Positions 52,010-61,482 of a stretch of DNA of 64,000 nucleotides are shown piece by piece (position 1 is the stretch's first letter; each line of letters opens with the position of its first letter). Location of the stretch: positions 3,143 through 67,142 of IMG/VR virus record IMGVR_UViG_3300044846_005433; one strand, 5' to 3'. The position numbers and the translations under genes are program-made. The notes beneath the pieces are model-generated. The model was not told where the DNA came from. It saw only the letters and a program-made list of their open reading frames with translations, and searched no databases. The DNA is from a virus.

Positions 52010-52240
52010 TTATTTAGAGCTAACTACGTTCTTCTTCTTCACAGTGCTTAAATACTCTTTAGTGTATTTGTCAATGTGAGGAGTGCCTTTACCTTTAACA
52101 GGTCCTTCTGCCAATTCTTGTTTAACTTTTGCAGTACCAGTAGCGCTTTTGTCTGCTACATTAGCTTTTCCACTGTATCCAGCAGCTGCTTTTTTGAAAG
52201 CTGACATGAATTGATTGTAGTTCATTACAGGATTACTCAT
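52010..52240 (-). CDS. Small basic late protein
   Basis: Begins MSNPVMNYNQFM; K/A-rich; late motif at 52260-52268. Confidence 0.6.
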   Translation of the reverse strand: MSNPVMNYNQFMSAFKKAAAGYSGKANVADKSATGTAKVKQELAEGPVKGKGTPHIDKYTKEYLSTVKKKNVVSSK

Positions 52241-52325
52241 TTTGTCCTAGATTTTTTTATTATTTATCTTTATGTTGTAGGATTTTTTTAGTATTGTTTA
52301 TTAGAGATAGATCAATTTTAACAAT

Positions 52326-53108
52326 ATGCCAGAATTAGCAGAGATAAAAATAATGTCAGAATACATCAACAATGTATGTCACGGTGAAGACTTTACAAGC
52401 ATCGGTGTTTCACCGGAGGTTGCAAAAAGACTTTCTTTGGTCCAGCCGACTGAACTACAGATATTTGATATTTCGGCTGAGTCTAGAGGTAAAGAACTAC
52501 TCTTAACTCTAACTTCAGGCATTGACAAATATCAACTATCTGTCTCAATGGGCATGTCTGGTCACTGGGTTCTATATAAAGGCTGGACTGCTCCAAAGCA
52601 CACTCACCTTAAATTTAGAACGGTTTCGGGTAATTCACTATGTCTGGTAGATGCTCGTCGTTTTGCCAAATGGAAATGGAGCACAGGCTGGTCGCCAAAT
52701 CGAGGACCCTGCCCAGTTACCCAATTTGACCAATTTAAGGAAAATATCTGCCAATCCTTTAGTAAAAAAGCATTTAGCAAGCCAATTCATCTTGTGCTCA
52801 TGGATCAACGCTATTTCAATGGTATAGGAAATTATTTACGTGCTGAAATATTATACAGGGCAAATCAGGATCCCTTCGAGGAGGCTCGTACCGCTCTTAC
52901 TAATAATCCAGAAATCCTAAGATTATGTAGTACTATTCCATTTGAAGCCTATCTTATTGGAGGAGGTCAGCTTAAAGACTGGTCCAATCCATTCGATGTT
53001 CCACCAGATGGATTTAATTCTTGGATTAAGTGTTATGGCAGATCTGACCGATCTATTGTTGATAAAAACGGTCGAACTTTTTGGTATTATCAATCCCAGT
53101 GTAAATAA
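52326..53108 (+). CDS. Fpg/Nei DNA glycosylase, NEIL1-like (zincless finger)
   Basis: N-terminal PE, RGKEL, GMSG, DARRFA, RGPC, DQRYFNGIGNYLRAEILYR and W.KCYG...DKNGRTFW motifs; no C4 zinc finger. Confidence 0.9.
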   Translation: MPELAEIKIMSEYINNVCHGEDFTSIGVSPEVAKRLSLVQPTELQIFDISAESRGKELLLTLTSGIDKYQLSVSMGMSGHWVLYKGWTAPKHTHLKFRTVSGNSLCLVDARRFAKWKWSTGWSPNRGPCPVTQFDQFKENICQSFSKKAFSKPIHLVLMDQRYFNGIGNYLRAEILYRANQDPFEEARTALTNNPEILRLCSTIPFEAYLIGGGQLKDWSNPFDVPPDGFNSWIKCYGRSDRSIVDKNGRTFWYYQSQCK

Positions 53109-53110
53109 TT

Positions 53111-53341
53111 ATGCATACAGTAATTGTAAAAATAAAAGTTAAAGCAAAAGACGAGTCAAAACTTCCAGACTGGGGGTTAGGCAAGGGTATCCTGGCCGAG
53201 CAAGAGGTTGAGTTATTGGAAAAGGTAACCGAAAGTAATAAACTCAGACTTGCTTACAAACTTGAGGAAGTCTATTCCGAACTATTAGCATCTACATTAG
53301 AAACAATAATCGAAATAAAAGATGAAGGGAAAACTACATAA
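53111..53341 (+). CDS. Hypothetical protein
   Basis: 76-aa ORF. Confidence 0.55.
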   Translation: MHTVIVKIKVKAKDESKLPDWGLGKGILAEQEVELLEKVTESNKLRLAYKLEEVYSELLASTLETIIEIKDEGKTT

Positions 53342-53579
53342 AACAATAGATGGTTGGGTGGTAAAGTATCACAAATATGATATGACTAACCCATCTGTAC
53401 CGGGTACCAAATTTGCTGAAGATTGCTTTGGACAATATCCTCTAATCGACAATGGTCATATAGATGGACTAAAGTTGTATGCCTCTAATGAAGGACTAGA
53501 AGTAGAGTTTGAGATTATTGATCATTTTGATAATAATGGACCTGAACATTTCAAAAAATTTGCTAAAATTATAATATGA
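53322..53579 (+). CDS. Hypothetical protein
   Basis: 85 aa; MKGKLHKT..GWVV...EVEFEII pattern. Confidence 0.6.
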   Translation: MKGKLHKTIDGWVVKYHKYDMTNPSVPGTKFAEDCFGQYPLIDNGHIDGLKLYASNEGLEVEFEIIDHFDNNGPEHFKKFAKIII

Positions 53580-54001
53580 AACGATTACTATGGTTAGACG
53601 ATATTCGAGATCCTTTTACTCCCATTGAAAATGACGGTGGGTCATGGCTAATATTTAGCCCAATTGAACAGCCTTATACTGCATATTGGGTAAAATCCTA
53701 TCGAGAATTTGTGGATTGGATTAAATTCAATGGATTGCCAGATGCAATCTGTTTTGACCACGACTTAGGAATGGAGGTTGCGCTTAAAGCTAGGGAAAAG
53801 GGCATGTCTAAACGTGAATCTAGGAAACTAAAGCAGAAAGAGATGACTGGAATGGATTGCGCAAAATGGTTAGTTGATTACTGCATTGCTAACCAATTGA
53901 CTTTACCGTTGTATAATATACAGTCAGCCAATCCAGTCGGTAAAGAAAATATCGATGGATTACTTAAAAATTTTATAAAACATCAAGATGGCAACATATA
54001 A
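53576..54001 (+). CDS. Cyclic-phosphate-processing receiver-domain protein
   Basis: LWLDDIRDP, ICFDHDLG, TGMDCAKWL and SANPVGKENI motifs. Confidence 0.8.
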   Translation: MKRLLWLDDIRDPFTPIENDGGSWLIFSPIEQPYTAYWVKSYREFVDWIKFNGLPDAICFDHDLGMEVALKAREKGMSKRESRKLKQKEMTGMDCAKWLVDYCIANQLTLPLYNIQSANPVGKENIDGLLKNFIKHQDGNI

Positions 54002-54308
54002 GGAACCGAAATGGACATTTTACTTGTATAAAAATTATGCATTCACATGGAAACCGCATTACAGTCACCTAAGAGAACTATTATGGAAAGATAAATATGA
54101 CTCTCCGCGTTGTGAACTAGAACCATATTATAGATTTGAATGGTTATGGTGGGGATTCAGAGCACAGCAAGGAACTGATGATGAATGGGAACAGTGGTTA
54201 TGGGTACACAAATATCACGATGGTGATGTAGAGAAAGCGAAACAAACTTGGGGTTGGATAGATTATAATACAAAAAAAAATACTTGGAACGATGAATATG
54301 GCAACTAG
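53988..54308 (+). CDS. Trp-rich hypothetical protein
   Basis: WKDKYDSPRCE...WEQWLW. Confidence 0.65.
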   Translation: MATYKEPKWTFYLYKNYAFTWKPHYSHLRELLWKDKYDSPRCELEPYYRFEWLWWGFRAQQGTDDEWEQWLWVHKYHDGDVEKAKQTWGWIDYNTKKNTWNDEYGN

Positions 54309-54564
54309 AACACAAAGAGAAGAATTTACAATGGTCGCAATCCTCAAGCAGCTTGAGATTGCAGGTGTTGACCCTACTGTGTTGTCCCAAGACAAAGAGT
54401 GGTTTAGTAACAATACTATCACAAAAGAACAGCACGATGAATGGAAAAAGTGGTTTATTGCCGAGGCCAGAAAGACATTTAAGATGAACAAGAAACTAGT
54501 AGAACGTGAGTTTCAGTGGTTTAACTTGTCATATGGTTTACGTGACGCCGATCCTATAAAATAA
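54298..54564 (+). CDS. Hypothetical protein
   Basis: EQHDEWKKWF...FQWFNLSYGL. Confidence 0.6.
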   Translation: MATRTQREEFTMVAILKQLEIAGVDPTVLSQDKEWFSNNTITKEQHDEWKKWFIAEARKTFKMNKKLVEREFQWFNLSYGLRDADPIK

Positions 54565-54573
54565 TTAATTTTT

Positions 54574-54601
54574 AAAACTGCTGCGAGTTCTCGTAGTAAA
54601 T
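54574..54601 (+). promoter_or_regulatory. Early/middle-type promoter motif (AAAAC-N17-GTAAAT)
   Basis: Recurring motif upstream of the DinG-like gene. Confidence 0.5.
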
Positions 54602-54606
54602 ATTAC

Positions 54607-56199
54607 ATGGCAGAAATAAAATTGGAGTTCACTCCTAGAAAACAGCAGGAAGAAATACTTCAGTTTACCAAAGATTCCATTGCAGATGGCAAAAAATTCG
54701 TAATGATTGATGCCCCAACTGGAGTAGGAAAATCTTATGCGGCCATCATGATCGCAGATTGGTATCGACGTGAAATTAATAAGAGAGCAAGAGTTGATAT
54801 TATTACAAACACCAAACTCTTACAGGATCAATACGTTAGAGACTTTAGTTTTGCAGCAAATCTAAAGGGTAAAAACAACTATTGGTGTCGCCGTCAAAAC
54901 ATGGGTTGCGGCGATGCACAAATTCTAAATAAATCTACTGAAAAGAAATGTGAAGCATGTCCGCATAAAATTGCACAGGGTTACTTTCTTAAAAATCCAC
55001 TTAGTTTAACTAACTTCCATCTCATCACTTCATATGCAATGTATTCTCCAGATATGATGGCAGAACGCAATTCAAAGCTGCTAATTATTGATGAAGCTCA
55101 TTCTTTTGAAGAGGCATTTTGTGATTTTATCGCATCCTCTTTTTCTGAAAGAAGCTTAAAGGCTCTCGATATTTGGCAAAACTGGATGGAACGCGATCTC
55201 GATAGTATTACTTCAATTCGAGAACTTTCCGAATATGTTGCTAGAGTAATTGTGCCACTATTAGATTCGAAGGCTGCAACTCTTTTAGAAGATGCAAAGG
55301 AAACCAGAAGTCGAGCCAAAAAACTTGACTTAATTAAAAAAGCAGATCATGCAGATAAATCAATGTGTAAATACAATCGATTTATCAAAGACCATAAAAA
55401 CTATGCAACCAACTGGACTTTTGAAAAAGATCTAGATCAATATGGAAAAACCCGAATCTTAGTTGAACCTATTTGGGGAAATCTCTATCTTAAGGAAATG
55501 TTTTGGGATACTTATGACCATGTAATCCTAATGTCGGGTACTCTCCTAAATCGCGAACTTATTTCCTTTATGATGGGAATCGAAGACGAAGAGTCCGCAT
55601 ATATTGCTCTTCCTTGCCCTTTTGAAGCTGAGAAGCGACCTGTGATTTATCTAAAATTCGGCAAAATGTCCTATTACAACAAGAAGGAAAGTTTTGCACG
55701 AGCAGTTCCAATTATTTCTAAAATTCTAGAAAAAAACGGTGAACATAAAGGAATTATCCATACTGCAAATTATGAGTTCAGCAATTGGATTAAGAGTTCA
55801 ATAAAAGATAAGCGACTTATTTTTCATGATTCACAAACTAGAGAAAAAAGTTTAACTGAACATTTAACTTCTAAGCTAGAAACTGTATTAGTATCTCCAT
55901 CGATGATTAATGGAGTTGACTTAAAAGATGATTATTCTCGTTTTCAAGTAATTTTAAAAGTACCTTTTCCGAATTTGGTGAGTACAAAAATAAAAAAGAG
56001 ACTTGAAACCAGACCAGATTGGTATAATTGGAAAACGCTAATCGATCTCTTGCAATCATATGGTAGATCTATTAGAAATGACGAGGACTGGGCAGAGACT
56101 TATATTTTGGACGAGTGCTTCGACCAAATATTAAATAATAAGACAGTGCCTCAATATTTTTTAGATGCGCTTAAAGTAAAAAAATTACCTAAAAAGTAA
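54607..56199 (+). CDS. DinG/XPD-family SF2 helicase
   Basis: APTGVGKS, Cys cluster (YWC..GC..KC..CP), DEAH, MSGT, GVDL, KVPFP and QSYGRSIR motifs. Confidence 0.9.
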   Translation: MAEIKLEFTPRKQQEEILQFTKDSIADGKKFVMIDAPTGVGKSYAAIMIADWYRREINKRARVDIITNTKLLQDQYVRDFSFAANLKGKNNYWCRRQNMGCGDAQILNKSTEKKCEACPHKIAQGYFLKNPLSLTNFHLITSYAMYSPDMMAERNSKLLIIDEAHSFEEAFCDFIASSFSERSLKALDIWQNWMERDLDSITSIRELSEYVARVIVPLLDSKAATLLEDAKETRSRAKKLDLIKKADHADKSMCKYNRFIKDHKNYATNWTFEKDLDQYGKTRILVEPIWGNLYLKEMFWDTYDHVILMSGTLLNRELISFMMGIEDEESAYIALPCPFEAEKRPVIYLKFGKMSYYNKKESFARAVPIISKILEKNGEHKGIIHTANYEFSNWIKSSIKDKRLIFHDSQTREKSLTEHLTSKLETVLVSPSMINGVDLKDDYSRFQVILKVPFPNLVSTKIKKRLETRPDWYNWKTLIDLLQSYGRSIRNDEDWAETYILDECFDQILNNKTVPQYFLDALKVKKLPKK

Positions 56200-56200
56200 T

Positions 56201-58069
56201 ATGGCAAAAACAAAAGGAATAGAAGACAAGTACCAAAAACTAACGGACGTCGAGCACGTATTGCTCCGTCCATTTATGTATATTGGTTCAATCTCACCCC
56301 ATACTGGAGATCAATACTTGTTTGACGGTGAAAAAGTTTGGAACGAAGAGATTACTTATAACCCCGGTTTTATTAAATTATTTGATGAAATTATTTCAAA
56401 CTCAGTCGACGAACATCGTCGTAACTCAAAATTAAATGAGATCAAAGTAACGCTTAACCTAGACACTAGTGAAATTTCAATTTGGGATAATGGTGGAATT
56501 CCAGTAGAAAAACACCCAGTCCACAAAGAGTGGATTCCCGAAATGATCTTTTCAAATCTTAAGGCAGGTTCAAATTTTGATGATACTGAACAGCGTACTG
56601 TTGCTGGAACAAATGGCGTAGGTTCTACCCTAACTAATATTTTCAGTAAAAAGTTTGTAGTTTCAACTTGCGATGGAAAAAATAGATTCGATCAAGAGTT
56701 TACTAACAACATGCACAAACGCAGTAAGGCAAGCGTTTCTCCAGCAAAACGCGGATTTACTGAAATTACGTATATTCCAGATTTAGAAAGATTTAAGATG
56801 CGTGGAATCGATGAAAAGTCGTTTCAGATCATCTTTAAACGCTGCTTAGATGTTGCTGCCTGTAATAATAAGCTTACTGTTAAGTTTACTAAAATAAAAG
56901 ATGGTGCTTCCACTAATTCGACCTTAAAATTTAAGACATTCGAAGAATATATCAAGCTTTATACTCAAGAATTCTTTTATGAAGAGTCAAAAGATTGGAA
57001 AATTGGCTTTGCAAAATCAGAAAACGGCTTTGCAAACGTAAGTTTTGTCAATTCAGTACATACTAAAGACGGTGGAACCCACGTTGAATATATTGTCAAT
57101 CAATTGATCGCTCAATTGCGTGAAATGATTAAGAAAAAGCACAAAGTTGAGGTAAAACCAAGTGATATTCGTAATTATATGTCAATTTTTATTGATTGTA
57201 CAGTAATTAATTCATCATTTAGTTCTCAAACAAAAGAAAAGCTTATTACTGAACCTAAAGATTTTGCAACTCGACATGAAGTAAGCGATAAAATCGCAAA
57301 ACTTGTCTTTAAATCAGAAATAGTTGCTTCAGTTTTAGATTGGGTAGAGAAAAAAGCGCTTGCTCAAGAGAGGGCCGAACTTCGAAAACTAAATAGTACT
57401 CTAGACAAGACGAAAATTCCAAAATTGATTGATGCACAACGCAAAGGCGATCGTGGTCCTTGTATTTTAGGAATTTATGAAGGATTATCTGCACTTTCTG
57501 CAGTTCGAAAGTTTAGAGATACTCAAACACAAGGAGCCTTTCCACTAAAAGGAAAATTCCTCAATGTTAGTGAGATGAAGAGCGCTGAAATTATTAAAAA
57601 CGATGAAGCTGTGCAGTTAATGGCTTCTTTAGGTTTAAAATTAGGTGAAGAACCAAAGGGATTACGTTATGGTAGAATTTATATTTACACAGATGCTGAT
57701 CCTGATGGAAATTCTATCGCTGCACTACTAATAAATTTCTTTAATCGCTTTTGGCCTGAGCTTTTTGATCAGGGAAGAATCTATAAAGTAATGACTCCAT
57801 TGGTTGTTGCAAAAAAAGGAAAAGAATCACTAAATTTTTATACGAATGACGAGTTTGAAAAGTGGTCCGCTAAAAATAAAGCTAACGCTTGGAATATTGA
57901 ATATAAAAAGGGATTAGCGGCGTTAGAGGATTTAGAATATGAAGAAATTATCCGAAATCCCAAAACCGTTCAGATTAAAAATGATAAAGAATACAAAGAT
58001 TCGTTAAATGCATGGTTTGGAGCTGACTCTGCACCTAGAAAAGAGCGAATCTTAAATAAACCAGAATAG
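56201..58069 (+). CDS. Type IIA DNA topoisomerase, ATPase/TOPRIM subunit (gp39+60-like)
   Basis: EHVLLRP.MYIGS, DEIISNSVD, GTNGVG, EGLSA, PLKGK, DADPDG and YKKGL motifs. Confidence 0.95.
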   Translation: MAKTKGIEDKYQKLTDVEHVLLRPFMYIGSISPHTGDQYLFDGEKVWNEEITYNPGFIKLFDEIISNSVDEHRRNSKLNEIKVTLNLDTSEISIWDNGGIPVEKHPVHKEWIPEMIFSNLKAGSNFDDTEQRTVAGTNGVGSTLTNIFSKKFVVSTCDGKNRFDQEFTNNMHKRSKASVSPAKRGFTEITYIPDLERFKMRGIDEKSFQIIFKRCLDVAACNNKLTVKFTKIKDGASTNSTLKFKTFEEYIKLYTQEFFYEESKDWKIGFAKSENGFANVSFVNSVHTKDGGTHVEYIVNQLIAQLREMIKKKHKVEVKPSDIRNYMSIFIDCTVINSSFSSQTKEKLITEPKDFATRHEVSDKIAKLVFKSEIVASVLDWVEKKALAQERAELRKLNSTLDKTKIPKLIDAQRKGDRGPCILGIYEGLSALSAVRKFRDTQTQGAFPLKGKFLNVSEMKSAEIIKNDEAVQLMASLGLKLGEEPKGLRYGRIYIYTDADPDGNSIAALLINFFNRFWPELFDQGRIYKVMTPLVVAKKGKESLNFYTNDEFEKWSAKNKANAWNIEYKKGLAALEDLEYEEIIRNPKTVQIKNDKEYKDSLNAWFGADSAPRKERILNKPE

Positions 58070-58070
58070 C

Positions 58071-58409
58071 ATGACGTTTAACAAATTTAAAACACTAGCT
58101 GACCTCATGGTTGCTCAAAATCAAAAGGTTTCAGCAGCATATAAATTAAATATCGATCTTTTGGATTTTAATAATTCACAAGATGTACTTATCTCAAATT
58201 TATGGTCTTATATACTCACAGATCATGGAAAAGATTGGTTTGACTGGTTCATGTATGAGAAAAATTATATTCACGATGGCATAGGTAATTCATTAACTGC
58301 TACCGATGATGGAAAGCCAATTTGTGAAGATCTACAAGGACTTTATGATTACCTAGTAGAAAACAATTATTTTAAAATACCAGTAGAAGATGCAAAAACA
58401 AGAAATTAA
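58071..58409 (+). CDS. Hypothetical protein between the topoisomerase subunits
   Basis: 112 aa; DWFDWFMYE motif. Confidence 0.65.
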   Translation: MTFNKFKTLADLMVAQNQKVSAAYKLNIDLLDFNNSQDVLISNLWSYILTDHGKDWFDWFMYEKNYIHDGIGNSLTATDDGKPICEDLQGLYDYLVENNYFKIPVEDAKTRN

Positions 58410-59748
58410 ATCAGTCACACAGTATCTTGATCAAGATTATAGAGAATATGCAGTATACGTTGTTGAAGAGCGTGCAATTCCATCAGTAATTGATGGATTT
58501 AAACCAACTCAGCGCAAAGTAATTTTCGTTGCTGATAAAGTTTGGAGAAACGGCGGAGAAAAACCGCTTAAGATATTTCAATTAGCCGGTAAGGTTGCAT
58601 CTGATGCGCATTACCACCATGGAGACGGCAGTTTAAATGGTGCAATCGTAGGTATGGCTCAAAAATTCAAGAACTCAATGCCAGTACTTGAAGAAATAGG
58701 ACAATTCGGTTCCCTACGTTCTCCTGAAGCGGGTGCGCCGCGTTATATTTCAACTAAATTACATAAGAACTTTAGATTGCTCTATATGGATTTTGAACTG
58801 CTTACTTCTCGTTATGAAGAGGGTAATGAAATTGAACCTAGTTATTTTTTACCAATTATTCCAACTGTTCTCTTAAATGGAGGTAGTGGAATTGCTGTAG
58901 GTTTCGCAACAAATATCCTAAATCGAAATCCTCTTGATCTAATCGATGCCTGTATTAAAGAATTAGATGGAAAAAAATACAAGGAACCTACTCCATGGTA
59001 TAATGGATTTTCTGGCGAATGTATTAAGGATCCAAATAGTAATGCATGGCTGTTTAGAGGAAAATATGAAGTTAAGAATACAACTACATTGGATGTTACT
59101 GAATTACCGCCATCTATGACTTATGAAAAGTTTGACTCTCACCTAATTTCTTTAGAAGAGACCAGACGACTTACTGGTTATGACAACAACTGTAAAGCTA
59201 ATGTAAATTATGTGCTTAAATTTAGAAGAGAAGATCTTAAGTCTCTTCAGGATAGTGATAGACTTGATCGCTTCCTAAAAATGGAAGAAAAACAGAGCGA
59301 AAACTTTACAGTGTTGGACGAAAACGGTAACCTTAAGATCTTTGAAAGTGCAACCCAAATTATCCAGTATTTCGTAAAATTCCGTCTAACTTACTATATT
59401 AAACGCAAGGAATACTTAATCAATAAACTTAATCAGGAGCTCTTATTACTTTCAAACAAGGCCCAATTCATTAAGATGATTATTGACGGTAAATTAAAAA
59501 TCAATAATGTTCCGCGTAAGCAAATTATCCTAGCTTTAGAAACTGCCGATTTTGATGAAATCAATGGTTCCTATAACTATTTGCTTTCCCTGCCGATTCA
59601 TACCTTAACTAAGGAAACATATGAAGATCTCTTAGGTGATACCCATGCAAAAGAGAATGAATTAGAATCTACTAAAGCAAAGGATACGACCCAGATGTAC
59701 AGAGATGACCTTCAGGAACTTCGCAAAGCTTTAATTAAATCATATTAA
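58390..59748 (+). CDS. Type IIA DNA topoisomerase, breakage-reunion subunit (gp52-like)
   Basis: RAIPSVIDGFKPTQRK, YHHGD, GAPRY (catalytic Tyr) and GIAVGFAT motifs. Confidence 0.95.
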   Translation: MQKQEIKSVTQYLDQDYREYAVYVVEERAIPSVIDGFKPTQRKVIFVADKVWRNGGEKPLKIFQLAGKVASDAHYHHGDGSLNGAIVGMAQKFKNSMPVLEEIGQFGSLRSPEAGAPRYISTKLHKNFRLLYMDFELLTSRYEEGNEIEPSYFLPIIPTVLLNGGSGIAVGFATNILNRNPLDLIDACIKELDGKKYKEPTPWYNGFSGECIKDPNSNAWLFRGKYEVKNTTTLDVTELPPSMTYEKFDSHLISLEETRRLTGYDNNCKANVNYVLKFRREDLKSLQDSDRLDRFLKMEEKQSENFTVLDENGNLKIFESATQIIQYFVKFRLTYYIKRKEYLINKLNQELLLLSNKAQFIKMIIDGKLKINNVPRKQIILALETADFDEINGSYNYLLSLPIHTLTKETYEDLLGDTHAKENELESTKAKDTTQMYRDDLQELRKALIKSY

Positions 59749-59761
59749 CTCTAATAACTGA

Positions 59762-60127
59762 ATGAACCAGGGAAAATTCAGGATATACCGAAACCTACAT
59801 AAGAAGTGTTTCAGTATACTAAAGTACGATAAATCTAAAGGAGGATATAGACTCTATGCACACGAAGAAGAACTCTTTTTGCCATGGGCAGATTTTAAAG
59901 TCTATGAAACTGGTAGAAAAAGGGTGCTTGCCGAGGGTCGAAAAAACGTGCATGCATTTATCCTTTGCGATCGCTATACAACTCAACTTCCAAAACGCAA
60001 ATCAATAGCCGATGTATATTATAATCCATATTCGTGTGATTCTTTTATTCGAACTGATCACCGCACTCCAATCTTTGACTCACCAAATGTTATCTTAAAA
60101 AACTCAAAATGCAGCATACTATCATGA
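59762..60127 (+). CDS. Conserved phage hypothetical protein
   Basis: YRNLHKKCFS...GRKRVL.EGRKNVHAF...YNPY pattern. Confidence 0.7.
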   Translation: MNQGKFRIYRNLHKKCFSILKYDKSKGGYRLYAHEEELFLPWADFKVYETGRKRVLAEGRKNVHAFILCDRYTTQLPKRKSIADVYYNPYSCDSFIRTDHRTPIFDSPNVILKNSKCSILS

Positions 60128-61170
60128 AACACGCACTCACTTACGACGATATCCAACTCGTTCCTAATTTTTCAAAAATTAATTCACGAACTGAAATTTC
60201 TCTTAGAACCCCACTTACTACTAACTATTCAATGTTGATGCCGTTAATTGCATCCCCAATGGACACTGTATGTGAATTTGAAATGGCATATAAAATGTTT
60301 ATCTTAGGTGGAGCCGGCTGTATTCATCGCTTTATGAGTGCAGAGAACCAGTCAAAATTAATAGAGAAACTATCCGCCGCTGTATATGGTGGATATGGAC
60401 ATAATTATATTGATTTCGGTTGGGACGGCACTGTGCCTATTGTTGCTGCTATTGGGGTGAATGGTGCAGAGGATCGAGATCGTGCAGAAAAATTAGTTGC
60501 AGCTGGTGCAAATGTCCTAGTGATTGACGTTGCACACGGACACCATCAAAAGGTTATTGATATGCTTAAATGGTGTAAAGATAAATTTAATAGTGGCGCA
60601 GATATTATTGCTGGTAATATTGCAACTGCGCAAGCTGCAATTGATTTACAGGAAGCTGGTGCAGATGGTTTACGTGTTGGAATCGGTGGAGGATCACTGT
60701 GTACTACTCGAATCAAAACTGGATTCGGCGTGCCAAATGTTTCCTGTATTGAAGAGATTTCAAATGTAGCACTCGTGCCCGTAATGGCAGATGGAGGAGT
60801 CAGAACGAGTGGTGATATTGCAAAAGCCCTAGCAGTCGGCGCAAATTGTGTAATGTTAGGTTCCTTACTTGCGGGAACTGACGAATCTCCTGGTCAAATT
60901 ATTGAAAAAACAAATGGTCTCTATAAGAGATATCGGGGTTCTGCTTCGCTTGAAACTAAAGTTGCACACGGACGAGCTGCTCGAAATGTAGAGGGCGAGT
61001 CTACTGTTATTCCATATAAAGGTGGCACTAAATTTATAGTTAATGGTCTTTTAGATGGGGTTCGTTCTGCGCTTTCCTATGCTGGTGCAACTAACCTACA
61101 TGAATATTATCCAGAATATGTAATAGTTACTAATGCTGGAATAAATGAGGCAAAACCTCACCTTTTGTGA
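60124..61170 (+). CDS. IMP dehydrogenase/GMP reductase family protein lacking CBS domains
   Basis: LTYDDI.LVP, SPMDTV, IDVAHGH, GIGGGSLCTTR, ADGG and MLGSLLAG motifs; likely ATG at 60124. Confidence 0.9.
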   Translation: MKHALTYDDIQLVPNFSKINSRTEISLRTPLTTNYSMLMPLIASPMDTVCEFEMAYKMFILGGAGCIHRFMSAENQSKLIEKLSAAVYGGYGHNYIDFGWDGTVPIVAAIGVNGAEDRDRAEKLVAAGANVLVIDVAHGHHQKVIDMLKWCKDKFNSGADIIAGNIATAQAAIDLQEAGADGLRVGIGGGSLCTTRIKTGFGVPNVSCIEEISNVALVPVMADGGVRTSGDIAKALAVGANCVMLGSLLAGTDESPGQIIEKTNGLYKRYRGSASLETKVAHGRAARNVEGESTVIPYKGGTKFIVNGLLDGVRSALSYAGATNLHEYYPEYVIVTNAGINEAKPHLL

Positions 61171-61196
61171 AACCTGAGTATTTTTCTTTGTATAAT
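61170..61196 (+). promoter_or_regulatory. Early/middle-type promoter motif (AAAC-N16-GTATAAT)
   Basis: Recurring motif heading the 61216-62390 unit. Confidence 0.6.
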
Positions 61197-61215
61197 TTAA
61201 TTAAACATTCAAACA

Positions 61216-61482
61216 ATGGCAGAATTTTCTAAGCAGTGGTGTGAAATCCACGATGAAACAGGAATAGGATCAGATTTCGATATTCATGAAATCGCAGACG
61301 GTCTTCCGAACGAACACTATACCTCAATTATTTGTGAAGGATTTGGTTTCGTTGCAGTTGCAAAAGATATTAATGGAAATATTTTACTTGCATTTCCAGT
61401 AGAACCCGAAGAGGGAGAAGACCCTTTAGAAGAAGGAATGACTCAAGTATTGTGGAAATCTTATGAAGAAGTAGTAAAATGA
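61216..61482 (+). CDS. Hypothetical protein
   Basis: MAEFSKQWC...ICEGFG. Confidence 0.65.
   Translation: MAEFSKQWCEIHDETGIGSDFDIHEIADGLPNEHYTSIICEGFGFVAVAKDINGNILLAFPVEPEEGEDPLEEGMTQVLWKSYEEVVK

Noticed and set aside
58071-58409. Mobile element or translational-bypass segment between the topoisomerase subunits (as in T4 gene 60)
   Set aside because: The large subunit is already continuous through the TOPRIM and YKKGL motifs, and the intervening ORF looks like an ordinary small phage gene with no nuclease motif
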